Sequence record: SRR20825019_1786
Strand: one strand, 5' to 3'
Length of the DNA: 32,268 nt
Under the pieces are notes generated by a model. That model was given only the letters and a program-made list of their open reading frames with translations. It was not told the origin of the DNA and did no database searches. Positions within the stretch are counted from its first letter, which is position 1. Each line of letters opens with the position of its first letter. Made by a program: the position numbers and the translations under genes. This document shows positions 1 through 10,346 of this stretch, in pieces.

Positions 1-1
1 C

Positions 2-1234
2 GCGGGCGAAGCCGGCAAGGGCTTTGCCGTTGTCGCCTCCGAGGTCAAATCGCTGGCGCAACAGACCGAGAACGCCATTCAGGATGTCAGCCAGCATACC
101 GCCGGCGTACAGACCGCAACCCGCTCATCGGTCGATGCCATCACCGGGATCGCGGCGAAGATTGCCGAGGTGAACGGGATTTCATCCGGCGTCGCCTCCG
201 CCGTCGAAGAGCAACTGGCCGCCACGAGCGAAATCGGCCGTTCCTCGAACGAGGCCTCGGAGATGACGGGCCAGGTCGCGGCCTCCATCGCAAAAGTGGC
301 CGAACAGGCGGAGCGCACAAGCCGGTCAGCCAGCGCGATCGAGACCCTGGCCAAGAATGTCAGCACGAATGTCAGCGACATGAAACGCAGGCTCGGCATC
401 GTGGTGCGGGCGGGCGAGGAAGCCAATCGGCGGGGCAGCGACCGGGTGCCAACGGTAATCGGCGGCATGCTCACCTTCGGCGGCCTCAGCGCGCAGGGCT
501 TTATCGCGGATCTCTCGCCACGCGGCGCGCTGCTGCTGTGCGACGGACAGGAAGATGCGGAAGCGGCGAGCATCGGCAGCATCACGCTCCCGAACGGGGT
601 TGCACTCCCGGCCCGCGTGGTTGCGGCCACATCCCTCGGCCTGCATGTCGCCTTCGAGAATATCGATGCCATGGCTGCCGAAATGATCGGCGCCATGATC
701 GAGCAGGCGATGGGCGAAAACGATGTCTTCCGGGACATTTGCGTGACCGCCGCGCAGGAGGCGGAGGACGCACTGCAAGGCGCCCTGCGATCAGGCCGGA
801 TATCCGAGGACGCCCTGTTCGACAGCCAGTATTCGATCATACCGGAGACAAATCCGACACAATACACGACCCAGTTTGTCGATTTGACGGATGAGCTGCT
901 GACGCCGATCCAGGAGCGTCACAAGGAGCGGGATGACCGTATCCGGCTGCTCTGCGCCACCGACAGGAATGGTTATATCGGCACCCACAACGCCGCGGTC
1001 TCGCAGCCGCAACGTCCGAACGATCCGGAATGGAACGCCGCGAATTGCCGCAACCGGCGGATTTTCGACGATCGGGCGGGCCTGCTGGCCGCCGGCAACA
1101 GGGAGCCGCACCAATTGCAGACCTATCTCCGCGATATGGGCGGGGGCAAGAAGGTGCTGCTGAAGGAGATCGATGCGCCGATCACCTTGTCCGGGCGCCT
1201 TTGGGGCAACATGCGCTGCGCCTTTGTCCCCTGA
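2..1234 (+). CDS. Methyl-accepting chemotaxis protein (5'-partial) with MCP signalling domain, PilZ domain and C-terminal sensor-like domain
   Basis: The frame from position 2 reads AGEAGKGFAVVASEVKSLA (MCP hairpin tip) and is continuous with ORF 170..1234. PilZ motifs RGSDR (RxxxR) and DLSPRG (DxSxxG) follow. The C-terminal block DRNGY..THN..SQPQRP.DP.WNAANCRNRRIFDDR is typical of alphaproteobacterial MCP tails. Confidence 0.9.
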   Translation, partial: AGEAGKGFAVVASEVKSLAQQTENAIQDVSQHTAGVQTATRSSVDAITGIAAKIAEVNGISSGVASAVEEQLAATSEIGRSSNEASEMTGQVAASIAKVAEQAERTSRSASAIETLAKNVSTNVSDMKRRLGIVVRAGEEANRRGSDRVPTVIGGMLTFGGLSAQGFIADLSPRGALLLCDGQEDAEAASIGSITLPNGVALPARVVAATSLGLHVAFENIDAMAAEMIGAMIEQAMGENDVFRDICVTAAQEAEDALQGALRSGRISEDALFDSQYSIIPETNPTQYTTQFVDLTDELLTPIQERHKERDDRIRLLCATDRNGYIGTHNAAVSQPQRPNDPEWNAANCRNRRIFDDRAGLLAAGNREPHQLQTYLRDMGGGKKVLLKEIDAPITLSGRLWGNMRCAFVP

Positions 1235-1286
1235 GCAAGGTTGGCCCTGAACAAGGCTGCGGCGGAGCAAAAGCCCAGCCTTACCC

Positions 1287-2147
1287 CTAGCCGTTGACCT
1301 TGCAATAGAGCTGCCGGACGGTCCCGGCCCGCTCCAGTTCCGAAAAGGACGGCGCTGCGGTCCATCCGGTCTGCTGCATGTTTTCGACCGGCACTTTTTC
1401 GCTGCTCAACATCTGCTGGATGGTGCGCGGCGCGACCGTCGACACACGTCCGCGCCGCGTGTTCGAGGCAATGGCGATACCGACCAGACGGCCCGAGGCA
1501 TCCAGTGTCGGTCCGCCGCTGATGCCGCCAAGACTGCCCGGCGCCACGCCCTCGCGGCCGGTCTCTGCCCAGACCAGAACAAGACGGCCAACACCGCGCA
1601 ACGACGCCGAGCGCAGATCGCCCCGCCCGAGCAGCGTGGAGGAAACGCGCCCCTTGCCAGTGCCGGGAAAGCCATAATGGTATCCGGCATCGCCGATATC
1701 CGGCAGCGGGCCGAGAGAGAGAGCGGGCGATCGCCCGGCATCGGCATGCACCAGCGCGATATCCGCGTCCGGATGCGAGACCGCAGCGTCCCTGATCGGC
1801 GTCACACGCCGCCGGTCAACGACAAACCCCAACCGGTCGCAGCCCTCGACGACATGCCGCGCGGTCAGCCAGTAATCCCGCGAGACAACAAACGCCGTAC
1901 CAACCCCGCTCTGGATCTTTTCGCGTTCTTCGAGCTGCAGCCTGATATCGCTCCGGCTGGGCGCGGGCAAAGGCCGGCGCGGCGTACGCCCCGCATCCTG
2001 AACCGGGGGAGCTTCATATGCGGGGCGGCCTGGACGGTCTTCCGGCGCCGGCTGCAAAAGATCGCCACCCCACTCGAACAGCCCGGCCAGCACGAAGGCA
2101 GCCACGGCTCCGAGAATTCCGAGCTTTTCAGGAGGAAGGGATCGCAT
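1287..2147 (-). CDS. Membrane-anchored trypsin-like (S1) serine protease
   Basis: N-terminal TM helix; triad motifs LTARHV (His), DADIAL (Asp) and GISGGP (Ser). Confidence 0.85.
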   Translation of the reverse strand: MRSLPPEKLGILGAVAAFVLAGLFEWGGDLLQPAPEDRPGRPAYEAPPVQDAGRTPRRPLPAPSRSDIRLQLEEREKIQSGVGTAFVVSRDYWLTARHVVEGCDRLGFVVDRRRVTPIRDAAVSHPDADIALVHADAGRSPALSLGPLPDIGDAGYHYGFPGTGKGRVSSTLLGRGDLRSASLRGVGRLVLVWAETGREGVAPGSLGGISGGPTLDASGRLVGIAIASNTRRGRVSTVAPRTIQQMLSSEKVPVENMQQTGWTAAPSFSELERAGTVRQLYCKVNG

Positions 2148-2152
2148 GGCCG

Positions 2153-2566
2153 CTAGCCCGAAACAGCCGCCGCATTCAGGGCCGCCACCGACAACTTCAT
2201 CGAGACAAGAAGCGTCGCCGCACCGATTTCACCGTCTTCAATGCGTCCGGAAAGATTACGCACCATAAGGTCGGTCAGCCTGAAAACCAGAATCTGGATC
2301 AGCAACGTCACCGTGCCCCAGATCAGAATATCGAGAAGCCCGACACTGGCCGCGAGGCAAAAGGCAAGCGGGATGGCCAGACCGAGCACGGCACCGGCAA
2401 GCGACAGCGCGGCCGCGGCGTTACCTTCCCGGATCAGCTTCATCTCGTCATGCGCCGTGATCCGCATATAGATCAGGGTTCCGATCAGGAGCATTCCCAG
2501 GCTCGCCGCGAAATGCGCGATCAGATATGGAAGACCAGCCACCAGACTGCTGAAGACACCGGACAT
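2153..2566 (-). CDS. DUF350 (YjfL-like) inner membrane protein
   Basis: Four hydrophobic helices and the motif IT.HDE..LIREGN.AAA. The ATG at 2566 is preceded by a GAGG RBS. Confidence 0.85.
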   Translation of the reverse strand: MSGVFSSLVAGLPYLIAHFAASLGMLLIGTLIYMRITAHDEMKLIREGNAAAALSLAGAVLGLAIPLAFCLAASVGLLDILIWGTVTLLIQILVFRLTDLMVRNLSGRIEDGEIGAATLLVSMKLSVAALNAAAVSG

Positions 2567-2829
2567 TTTTCGCCCCTCACCCAGAAACAACGCAAACGGG
2601 AATGCCACGATAAAGCATCTCCCCTGACCACGACATATGCGTCAGGCCAAAGACAGGCGCCACAAAATATTCCAAATTTTAAGGATATTCATCGCAATTT
2701 CGGCTTATAATAAATGTGCGTCTGGACAATTATAGGCTCTCTAATATATTTTAAGTCAATTGATCAAAATTAGTTTAAGATCAAAAACAGAATACAAAAA
2801 GTGCATTAAAAGGGAAAAGATTTCCGCTG

Positions 2830-3714
2830 ATGCAACAGTATGTCATCCTCGACGAGCAAGCCGAACGTGAAGCGCGTGTCATGCACCGCTATCGCGTCGA
2901 GGTCGCTGCGTACTGGATGAAATGGCACCTGTGCATAGCGCTGGTCTCCGCTCTCGGCATGATCTTCCTGGTCGGCCTGGTCGTCGCTCTCTACAACGCC
3001 GCGATCCTCGGTATCGGACCGACCCTGAACGACTGGGGCGATTTCTCGTTCCTGCTGCACATCAACATCTTCAACTGGCGGGTTGACCCGGATTATTATC
3101 ACCGGCTGGTGACGTATCCGATGATCCCCATCACGCTCGATCATATGCCCTGGGCGCACCTGTTCGGCTTCATCACGTTCGGCACCTGCCTGATCACGGC
3201 GATGATGAGCGTGCTGCATTTCGAGCCGATCATCAGCCACGACCCGAACCGCTATATCCGCATTGAACCGGTACGGCTGGTGCCCCCGATCGAGGTTTAT
3301 TTCGAAACCGACCGCGGGTTCGACCAGAAATGCGTGATCGACGTCATCTTCACCGCGCCGGGCCCGGCCAGCGCCCAGGTGATCCGGGAGAAATCGAAAG
3401 CGATCTCCCTGCATTGCCAAACCGAAATCCAGCGCCTGGTCGATAGCGCGGTCTGGCAGATCCGGCTACCGCAGCTCCGCCGGCAACTGGCCCGCATCGC
3501 CGTGGAATATGTGCCGCGCGATGCGATCCACGATCTCAAGATCCGCTCGATCAAGATGCACCCGGTGGTACGCCCGATGCCGCTGACCCTGCCTGCGGGC
3601 GTTACGGCAGTCGGCGGCGTTACGTCTGCGGCGCAAGGCATCGACGCGGACGCCTCAGTGGAGGTGCCCGCCGCCGTCGAAGATATCGCCCGGGAACCGG
3701 TCCCGGCGGAATAG
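2830..3714 (+). CDS. Hypothetical membrane protein, 2 TM segments plus C-terminal FliL/SPFH-like domain
   Basis: 294-aa ORF with host-like codon usage after an AT-rich intergenic region. It has two hydrophobic segments and a C-terminal beta-beta-alpha-alpha-beta pattern reminiscent of FliL (inference). Confidence 0.6.
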   Translation: MQQYVILDEQAEREARVMHRYRVEVAAYWMKWHLCIALVSALGMIFLVGLVVALYNAAILGIGPTLNDWGDFSFLLHINIFNWRVDPDYYHRLVTYPMIPITLDHMPWAHLFGFITFGTCLITAMMSVLHFEPIISHDPNRYIRIEPVRLVPPIEVYFETDRGFDQKCVIDVIFTAPGPASAQVIREKSKAISLHCQTEIQRLVDSAVWQIRLPQLRRQLARIAVEYVPRDAIHDLKIRSIKMHPVVRPMPLTLPAGVTAVGGVTSAAQGIDADASVEVPAAVEDIAREPVPAE

Positions 3715-3740
3715 ACTCTCCGCTGGTAAACGGTCCCGGC

Positions 3741-4031
3741 TCAAACGCCCACGCGCTCCCAGACAGTCACATTCTTCTGTTCGATCATCGGCGCGACCCG
3801 GCCGTCGAACGCCTTGAAATGGTCGCTCGCCAGATGCGCCTTGAAAGCCGCCTCGTCGTCGTAAAGTTCGTACAGGAAGCAATGCGCCGGATCCTGTGGA
3901 TCGAAGCAAACCTCGAACTGATGACAGCCCGGCTCAAGGCGCAGCGACGCCTCCGCATTCTCGAGCATCGCCACTCTGAACCCGGCCGCCATGTCGGGCC
4001 GGATATGAAACTCGACGGTGATGACATACAT
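3741..4031 (-). CDS. Antibiotic biosynthesis monooxygenase (ABM/LsrG-like) family protein
   Basis: Motifs EPGC..F.V and FLYELY.DEAAF.AHL.S.HF; about 96 aa. An alternative GTG start lies at 4040. Confidence 0.85.
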   Translation of the reverse strand: MYVITVEFHIRPDMAAGFRVAMLENAEASLRLEPGCHQFEVCFDPQDPAHCFLYELYDDEAAFKAHLASDHFKAFDGRVAPMIEQKNVTVWERVGV

Positions 4032-4071
4032 CGCTTTCACCTTTCCTGAAATTTACTGATACCGGTCCGGA

Positions 4072-4836
4072 TCAGGCCCCTATCAGGCTGCTGACCCCGA
4101 CCCAGAGAAGACGCGCCGCCAGCAATGTCAGAACGGTCTTGAAGCCGATGGCGAAGACCCGTTCCGGCATCCATTCCAGCACCTTCTTGCCCGTCGCCGT
4201 GCCAAGAAACCCGGTCGCGATCATGGCGGCGATCAGCGGCAGCCATTCCGGAAAGGCAAAGCCGACAATGCCGAAGGCCACGACTTTCACGCCGTGCTGC
4301 ACCGTCATGCAGGCGCTGTGGGTCGCCACCGTGACCATCTTTCCGTAACGGTCCGGCGGCAGGAAGGCGGCCAGCAGCGGGCCGGTCGCGCCGACGAACA
4401 TCGTGGCAAAACTGGTCACCGCACCAACCCCGATGAAGGCGGGTGCCGGAACCTTGTGCTTGCCGAGTTTGGGACCCCAGACCGTGTAGAGGATGAACAG
4501 CGCCAGCAACGCCTGCAGGGCCGCCTGCGGCACGGAGACGACGATCTGCGCCGCAATGGTGATGCCGATCAGCGCCCCGATCACGAAAAACCCGAAGAGC
4601 TTCCGTTCCGTATGCGCGCGCATCACGTAGGCCCGCCCGGCATTCGAGCCGAACTGGACGACGCCATGCACCGGAATCACCGCCAGCGGCGGCAGGACGG
4701 AGCCGAGCGCGACCAGCATCATGACCCCGCCCCCAAGGCCGAAGGCAACGGTGACCGCGGACGTCACATAGCTGAAAAGGATCAGCGATATACCAGCCCA
4801 CAACGGTATGGAATCAGGCAGCAGGAATTCGATCAC
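4072..4836 (-). CDS. Sulfite exporter TauE/SafE family membrane protein
   Basis: About 8 TM helices with the repeated motifs FGLGGG and FVGATGP. The GTG at 4836 is preceded by a GGGGGA RBS. Confidence 0.85.
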   Translation of the reverse strand: MIEFLLPDSIPLWAGISLILFSYVTSAVTVAFGLGGGVMMLVALGSVLPPLAVIPVHGVVQFGSNAGRAYVMRAHTERKLFGFFVIGALIGITIAAQIVVSVPQAALQALLALFILYTVWGPKLGKHKVPAPAFIGVGAVTSFATMFVGATGPLLAAFLPPDRYGKMVTVATHSACMTVQHGVKVVAFGIVGFAFPEWLPLIAAMIATGFLGTATGKKVLEWMPERVFAIGFKTVLTLLAARLLWVGVSSLIGA

Positions 4837-5039
4837 GGACGCGTCCCCCAACGCTGGAATTATTAAAAGCGGCCGCAGCTTACCCCATCCGGGCCCGGCC
4901 GCCACCCTGTCGCGCGCAGGTGACTTGTGCCGGAGAACGCGCCATGTAGAGTGAGAACCTGATTGCGTGCATATTGCAGCCGTACCCTCAATCAACCCAG
5001 TGCCGCCCCACATTGGACGGCACCATTTGGAGACCCCTC

Positions 5040-8000
5040 TTGAAGAAACTGGTTCTTACGGTTCTGGCGCTGATCATCGTGCTGGGCGCAGCCGTCCTCG
5101 TTGGGCCCAGCTTCATCGACTGGAACAGCTACAAGGACGAAATCACCCGCACCGTTGAGGAGCAAACCGGCCGCCGGCTCCAGATCGACGGCGACATCAG
5201 CTTCCAGATACTCCCGGCTCCCCGGCTTTCGGTGGAACAGCTGAAACTCGCCAACATCGAGGGCGGCAGCGCCGACACCTTCGTTTCGGCGGATGCGCTG
5301 CAGATCCATGTTGCACTGGCGCCATTGCTGACCGGCAAGATCAAGGTCGCCTCCGTCACCCTGAACGATCCAGTTGTCGCGCTGGAACAGTTTCCCGACG
5401 GCCGGAACAACTGGACATTCACTGCCCCCGGAAGCCCGGCGAAAGAAGCCGCAGGCAGCACCGACGAGGCCAAGCCCGCTGAAGGCGGGGATATCGACTT
5501 CAGCCTTGATGGCGCCGTCATCACAAACGGGCGTATCTCATTTTTCGACCATGGAACGGGAACCACACACACCCTGTCAGGTCTGGATGCCGCCCTCAGC
5601 GCCAGCAGCCTGAACGGCCCGTTCAAGCTGACAGGCGACCTCACCTACAAGGGTGTCCCGGTCACGCTTTCAGCCGCAACCGGCCAGATCGATGCCGGAC
5701 GGGCAACCCCGCTGGAAACCATCGTCACGCTCGGCGACAAGGCGGCGGAGCTGAGTTATAGCGGCACCCTCGTGCTCGGCGACACACCCCGGCTGATGGG
5801 AACCATCGGTGCCACCAGCAAGGATCTGGTCGCCGCCGGCGCGGCTCTGGCTCCGCTCGGCTCCGGCACGGACGCGCTTCCGCCAGCCCTCGCCGGGCCG
5901 TTCAAGCTCTCGGCCAAACTGCAGGCGTCCCCGGAACAGGCCACGCTCAGCGACCTGGTCCTGAATGCGGGCGGCTTCTCCGGAAAAGGTTCCGTGACCG
6001 CCTCCCTTGCGGACCGCGTGGCCATTGACGCGGCGCTGGCTCTGGACCGCTTCCAGCTTGACGAGGTCCTGGCCTCCCTGACGAAGAAGGCAACCGGCCC
6101 TGCCCCGGCGCCCTCCAGCAGTCCGGCCCCTTCCAATTCGGCGGATACGGGCTTTACGCTTCCCGCCGGGATCGATGCGGATCTGGTCCTGACCGCCGAT
6201 GCCGTGGATTATCGCGGCGGGGTGATCCGCCAGCCCCGGCTCGAAGCGTCCCTCGCCGACGGCGTCGCGGTCCTGAAAAACTTCAGCGCGCAGATGCCCG
6301 GCGGCTCCGACATCAGCCTTTCCGGCAGTCTCGAAAGCGCGAATGGCGGCCCGCAATTCTCCGGCCGGGCCGACTTCGTTTCGGACAATCTGCGCGGCAC
6401 GCTCGGCTGGCTCGGCGCCGATCTCGACTCCGTCGCGGCCGACCGGCTGCGCAAGGGCAGTCTCGGCGCGGACATCACCGCCAACCAGGAACAGATCCAG
6501 CTCACGAACTGGACCATGGATCTCGACACCACCCGGATCCGGGGCGGCCTGACCCTGCTGCTGCGCGACCGGCCCGCCTTCGGTCTGGCGCTGGATCTCG
6601 GCAAGATCAATCTGGATGCCTATCTGCCGCCAAACGGCCAGACGGACACCCAGAAGCCCGCAGCCACGGACCAGTCCGCAGCGGCCGGAAGCACGCAGCC
6701 CGGTCCCTCTCCCATGGAGCAGGTTGCCGTCGCCCTGAACAGTTTCGATGCGAATGTCCGGATTGGGTTCGAGGAAATCACGGTGCACAAGACCCCGATC
6801 ATCGGCGGTCAGCTGGAAGCACGTATCCAGAACGGGGCATTGTCCGTCAACAAGCTCGCCATCGCCGATTTCGGCGGGGCGAAGGTTACCCTGAGCGGCT
6901 CGCTCGCCGGGGCCGTATCGGATCCGAATACCAAACTTGAATTCGACGTCGACGCCAAGTCTCTGGCCCGGCTCGCCCGCCTTGCCGGAATGGAGCCCGA
7001 CGAGACATTGCAGCGGATTGGCGGCGGCAGGCTCAGCGGCAGCATCCTCGGCGATCTGTCCGCCATGACCATTGATGCAACAGCCAGCGCCGCCGGAGCC
7101 ACCGCCACTGTCAAAGGCATCGTGCATCCCCTGGCACAGCCCCTCAATGTCGATCTCGCGGTCAAGCTGCAGCACCCGAATGCGGACAGCCTCGCGGCAA
7201 CCCTGTCCCCCGGCGCCCTGCCAAAGGGCGTAAAGCTTGGCTCCCTGGCGCTTGCGGCAACCGTGATGTCGGCACAGGACGGGGCCTACAGCCTCGATGC
7301 AACGATGGATCTCGGCGGCGGCCAGCTCGGCCTGAAGGGGACGGTCTCCCCCGGCCCCGACCGCACGGCGCTCGCCCTCGACACACGCTATGCACATCCT
7401 GATGTGGTCGCCCTGATACGCGGCCTGTCCCCGGATTACACGCCGTCGAAGCGTGATCTTGGCCAGGCGACCCTGACAAGCCGCCTGGAAGGCAACACGG
7501 ACAACCTGAAAATCAACAGCCTGCGGCTCGGCCTTGGCCCGATTTCCCTGACGGGCACGGCCTCTCTCGTCCTGACGGGCCCGCGCCCCAAACTGACGCT
7601 GGCGGCTGAAACCGGCACCATCGCCATCGATCCCTGGCTGCCCAAGGGCAGTGCCGCGCCGGCCGGCGGCATCGCCCCGGTCGTTCCGGTGAAAAGCAGC
7701 TCACGGACCTGGTCGCGGGAAACCATCGACACCTCGGGCCTGCTTGCAGCCGATGCGGATATCACCCTGAAAGCGGAGCAGGTTCTCTACGGCGCCTACA
7801 AGCTCGACAAGCTCGATCTCGCGGCGGTTCTGGACAGTGGCGCGCTGACGGTATCGAAGCTGTCCTCCGGATTGTTCGGCGGCACGCTCGACGGCACCGC
7901 GTCCCTGAAGCACGGCGCCACCCCGGAGGGCGGCCTGACCCTCTTGATCAAGAATGCCGATGTGCGCCAGGCGGCGATGTCCGCCTCCGGTGCGGCGCAG

Positions 8001-8639
8001 GTCACCGGCACCCTGAATTACGAAACCAGCCTGAATACCGCGGGCCGCAGCGAATACGCCCTGGTCTCCGGGTTGCAGGGCAATGGCTCGATCAAGGTCA
8101 GCGACGGCACTGTCGAAGGCTTCGACCTGCCGGCGGTGAGCGATCAATTGAAGCAGCTCGACCGCTCCGTCGATTTTCTCGTGCTCGCCCAGCGGGCCAT
8201 GCAGGGCGGCACGACGCCTTTTGACAGCCTGACGGCGACCTACAAGATCACCAATGGCGTGCTGCAATCGGAAGATATCTCGCTGAAATCCAAGGCCGCC
8301 GAGGGCCGGGGCACCGCCGTGGTCAACCTGCCGCCGCAGGAGATGGATGTCCGCACCCAGTTCTGGCTCAGCGAGCATTCGAACTCACCGCCCATCGGTC
8401 TGCGCCTCACCGGCCCGCTCGACAATCCGCGCCAGATTCTGGACGCCAACAAGCTGCAGGCCTACGTGCTGCAACGGGTGATCGAGCGTGGCATCCTGCG
8501 GCAGTTCAACAAGGGCAGTGATTCGAGCGGCAGCAGTGACAGCACGACAACGCCGGACGCCGCACCGACGGAGCCGGTCGAGAAGGTCGATCCGCGCAAG
8601 GCTCTGCGCGGTCTGCTGAAAGGCCTACTCGATAATTAA
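5040..8639 (+). CDS. AsmA family protein (bridge-like lipid transfer protein)
   Basis: TTG start at 5040 after GGAG. N-terminal TM anchor, then P.FIDWN.YK..I...VE..TGR.L.IDG, long amphipathic beta repeats, and a C-terminal T.FD.L.AT..I.NGVL block. Confidence 0.9.
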   Translation: MKKLVLTVLALIIVLGAAVLVGPSFIDWNSYKDEITRTVEEQTGRRLQIDGDISFQILPAPRLSVEQLKLANIEGGSADTFVSADALQIHVALAPLLTGKIKVASVTLNDPVVALEQFPDGRNNWTFTAPGSPAKEAAGSTDEAKPAEGGDIDFSLDGAVITNGRISFFDHGTGTTHTLSGLDAALSASSLNGPFKLTGDLTYKGVPVTLSAATGQIDAGRATPLETIVTLGDKAAELSYSGTLVLGDTPRLMGTIGATSKDLVAAGAALAPLGSGTDALPPALAGPFKLSAKLQASPEQATLSDLVLNAGGFSGKGSVTASLADRVAIDAALALDRFQLDEVLASLTKKATGPAPAPSSSPAPSNSADTGFTLPAGIDADLVLTADAVDYRGGVIRQPRLEASLADGVAVLKNFSAQMPGGSDISLSGSLESANGGPQFSGRADFVSDNLRGTLGWLGADLDSVAADRLRKGSLGADITANQEQIQLTNWTMDLDTTRIRGGLTLLLRDRPAFGLALDLGKINLDAYLPPNGQTDTQKPAATDQSAAAGSTQPGPSPMEQVAVALNSFDANVRIGFEEITVHKTPIIGGQLEARIQNGALSVNKLAIADFGGAKVTLSGSLAGAVSDPNTKLEFDVDAKSLARLARLAGMEPDETLQRIGGGRLSGSILGDLSAMTIDATASAAGATATVKGIVHPLAQPLNVDLAVKLQHPNADSLAATLSPGALPKGVKLGSLALAATVMSAQDGAYSLDATMDLGGGQLGLKGTVSPGPDRTALALDTRYAHPDVVALIRGLSPDYTPSKRDLGQATLTSRLEGNTDNLKINSLRLGLGPISLTGTASLVLTGPRPKLTLAAETGTIAIDPWLPKGSAAPAGGIAPVVPVKSSSRTWSRETIDTSGLLAADADITLKAEQVLYGAYKLDKLDLAAVLDSGALTVSKLSSGLFGGTLDGTASLKHGATPEGGLTLLIKNADVRQAAMSASGAAQVTGTLNYETSLNTAGRSEYALVSGLQGNGSIKVSDGTVEGFDLPAVSDQLKQLDRSVDFLVLAQRAMQGGTTPFDSLTATYKITNGVLQSEDISLKSKAAEGRGTAVVNLPPQEMDVRTQFWLSEHSNSPPIGLRLTGPLDNPRQILDANKLQAYVLQRVIERGILRQFNKGSDSSGSSDSTTTPDAAPTEPVEKVDPRKALRGLLKGLLDN

Positions 8640-8861
8640 CGGCTTCCGGTTCTGCAGTTCCGACAGCACGAACACGCGCAGCGCACTCGAAAGATTGCCG
8701 CTGCGCGTAGCATCCACCTCGGAAACCAGCCCGTTGATCGACAGATCGCGGGCGGTGGCGATTGCCTTCAATGCATCCCAGAACGCTTCTTCCATCGACA
8801 CCGAGGTGACGTGCCCGGAGACCGTCACGGTGCGCTTGCGAATGCGGGCCGGGTCCAGCAT
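8625..8861 (-). CDS. Ribbon-helix-helix domain protein (RHH_4 type)
   Basis: Signature KR.V...GH.TSVSME..FW..L..IA......IN.LV..VD.....NLSSALRVFVL. Confidence 0.85.
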   Translation of the reverse strand: MLDPARIRKRTVTVSGHVTSVSMEEAFWDALKAIATARDLSINGLVSEVDATRSGNLSSALRVFVLSELQNRKPLIIE

Positions 8862-8866
8862 TCCGG

Positions 8867-10273
8867 CTACCCGTCACGACGGACGAAATGGGCGACCAGC
8901 TCGATATGCGGGGTCCAGAGGAACTGGTCGATCGGGGTGACTTCGAGGCACTCGTAGCCGCCATCCACCAGCGTCCGTGCATCCCGGGCGAATGTCGCCG
9001 GGTTGCAGGACACATAAACGATCCGCTGCACTTTCGAGTCCGCCAGAGCCGCCGCCTGCTCGCGTGCACCCGCGCGCGGCGGGTCGAGCACCACGGCGTC
9101 GAACTTGCCGAGTTCCTTTCCGGCAAAGGGGCGCTGGGTCAGATCCCGCCGTTCGGTCCGCACCCGGCCGCCGAGCCGGGCCGCATCGGCCCCGCCCCGG
9201 ATCGCGGCCAGCAAGGCATCGTCGCCTTCCACCGCAAGCCGTTCCGCCGAGCCATCCAGTGCCAGACAGAGCGTGCCGCACCCGGCATAGAGATCGAGCA
9301 CGGCGCGGGCACCCTGCGTGCCTTGACGCACCAGCTCCTGAATGGTCGCTTCACCATCCATCGTCGCCTGCAGGAAAGCCCCCGGCGGCGGCGTCACGGT
9401 AACCGGGCCGAACGTGATCACCGGCGTGCGGCGCTGGGCCAGCGGCACCGGCGCGGGCAGACTGTCACCCTCGGCATGATAGGACAGCCGGGTCAGGTCC
9501 TGCTCATCGGCAAAAGCGGCGAGCTTTTCACGGAAGTCGAGATCGGGGTGATCGGGCAGGCGAAGCAGCAGATCGAGCCCGTTATCCAGCTCGTTCACCA
9601 CGCAATCGATGGATTGCCCTTGCTCCAGCATACCGTCGAAAAGCTGCCGCAGCGGCTGCATCAGGGCGAAGATCGCCGGGCGCAAAACGGGGCATTCACT
9701 GATCTCGACAATCCTGTTGCTGCCGCGCTCATGAAAGCCCGCGACCAGCTTCCTGCCGATCATGCGAAGCACGAAATCCGCCCGCCGCCGGGCTTCCGGC
9801 GCACAGGTCCGCAGCGCCGCGACGGGAACAGCACCCAGCCCGGCCCGACCGAGATATTGCACCACCTGATCCCGCTTCCAGGCCTGATAGGCCCCGGCCT
9901 CGAGATGCTGCACGGCGCAGCCGCCGCAGGTCATGAAATGCTCGCAGGCCGGATCGATCCGTTCGGGCGCGGGCTCCACCAGCTCGATCAGATCGCAGGC
10001 CACGCCCTCGCCCCGGTCGGATACCGGGCGCACCCGGACCCGTTCGCCTGGAAGGGCGAATGGAATGAAAAGCGGCCGGGTCTCGGTGACATAGCCGACC
10101 GTGATATCCGCCTGGGTCAAGCCGTCGCCACGACCGCCGAGCCGCTCGACAACGACGTCGAGGAGTGGCGCATTGGAGGCGTACCCCTTGCGTTGTGCTG
10201 GCCGCTGCGATGACCGTTTTGCCGCCCGGGGGGCTGACTTCCCCCGCTTGCTTCCCTGCCGTCCTCGGCCCAT
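8867..10273 (-). CDS. rlmD: 23S rRNA (uracil-C5)-methyltransferase, RlmD/RumA family
   Basis: TRAM-like N-terminus, 4Fe-4S motif CEHFMTCGGC, SAM motif LDLYAGCG, LDPPRAG, and catalytic YVSCNP. Confidence 0.88.
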   Translation of the reverse strand: MGRGRQGSKRGKSAPRAAKRSSQRPAQRKGYASNAPLLDVVVERLGGRGDGLTQADITVGYVTETRPLFIPFALPGERVRVRPVSDRGEGVACDLIELVEPAPERIDPACEHFMTCGGCAVQHLEAGAYQAWKRDQVVQYLGRAGLGAVPVAALRTCAPEARRRADFVLRMIGRKLVAGFHERGSNRIVEISECPVLRPAIFALMQPLRQLFDGMLEQGQSIDCVVNELDNGLDLLLRLPDHPDLDFREKLAAFADEQDLTRLSYHAEGDSLPAPVPLAQRRTPVITFGPVTVTPPPGAFLQATMDGEATIQELVRQGTQGARAVLDLYAGCGTLCLALDGSAERLAVEGDDALLAAIRGGADAARLGGRVRTERRDLTQRPFAGKELGKFDAVVLDPPRAGAREQAAALADSKVQRIVYVSCNPATFARDARTLVDGGYECLEVTPIDQFLWTPHIELVAHFVRRDG

Positions 10274-10346
10274 AAAGCCATCGTCCTTTTCTGCATGCGA
10301 CGTATGGCGCCTAACCAGTGTCGGCGGCGCCTGCTATGGTGATGAC

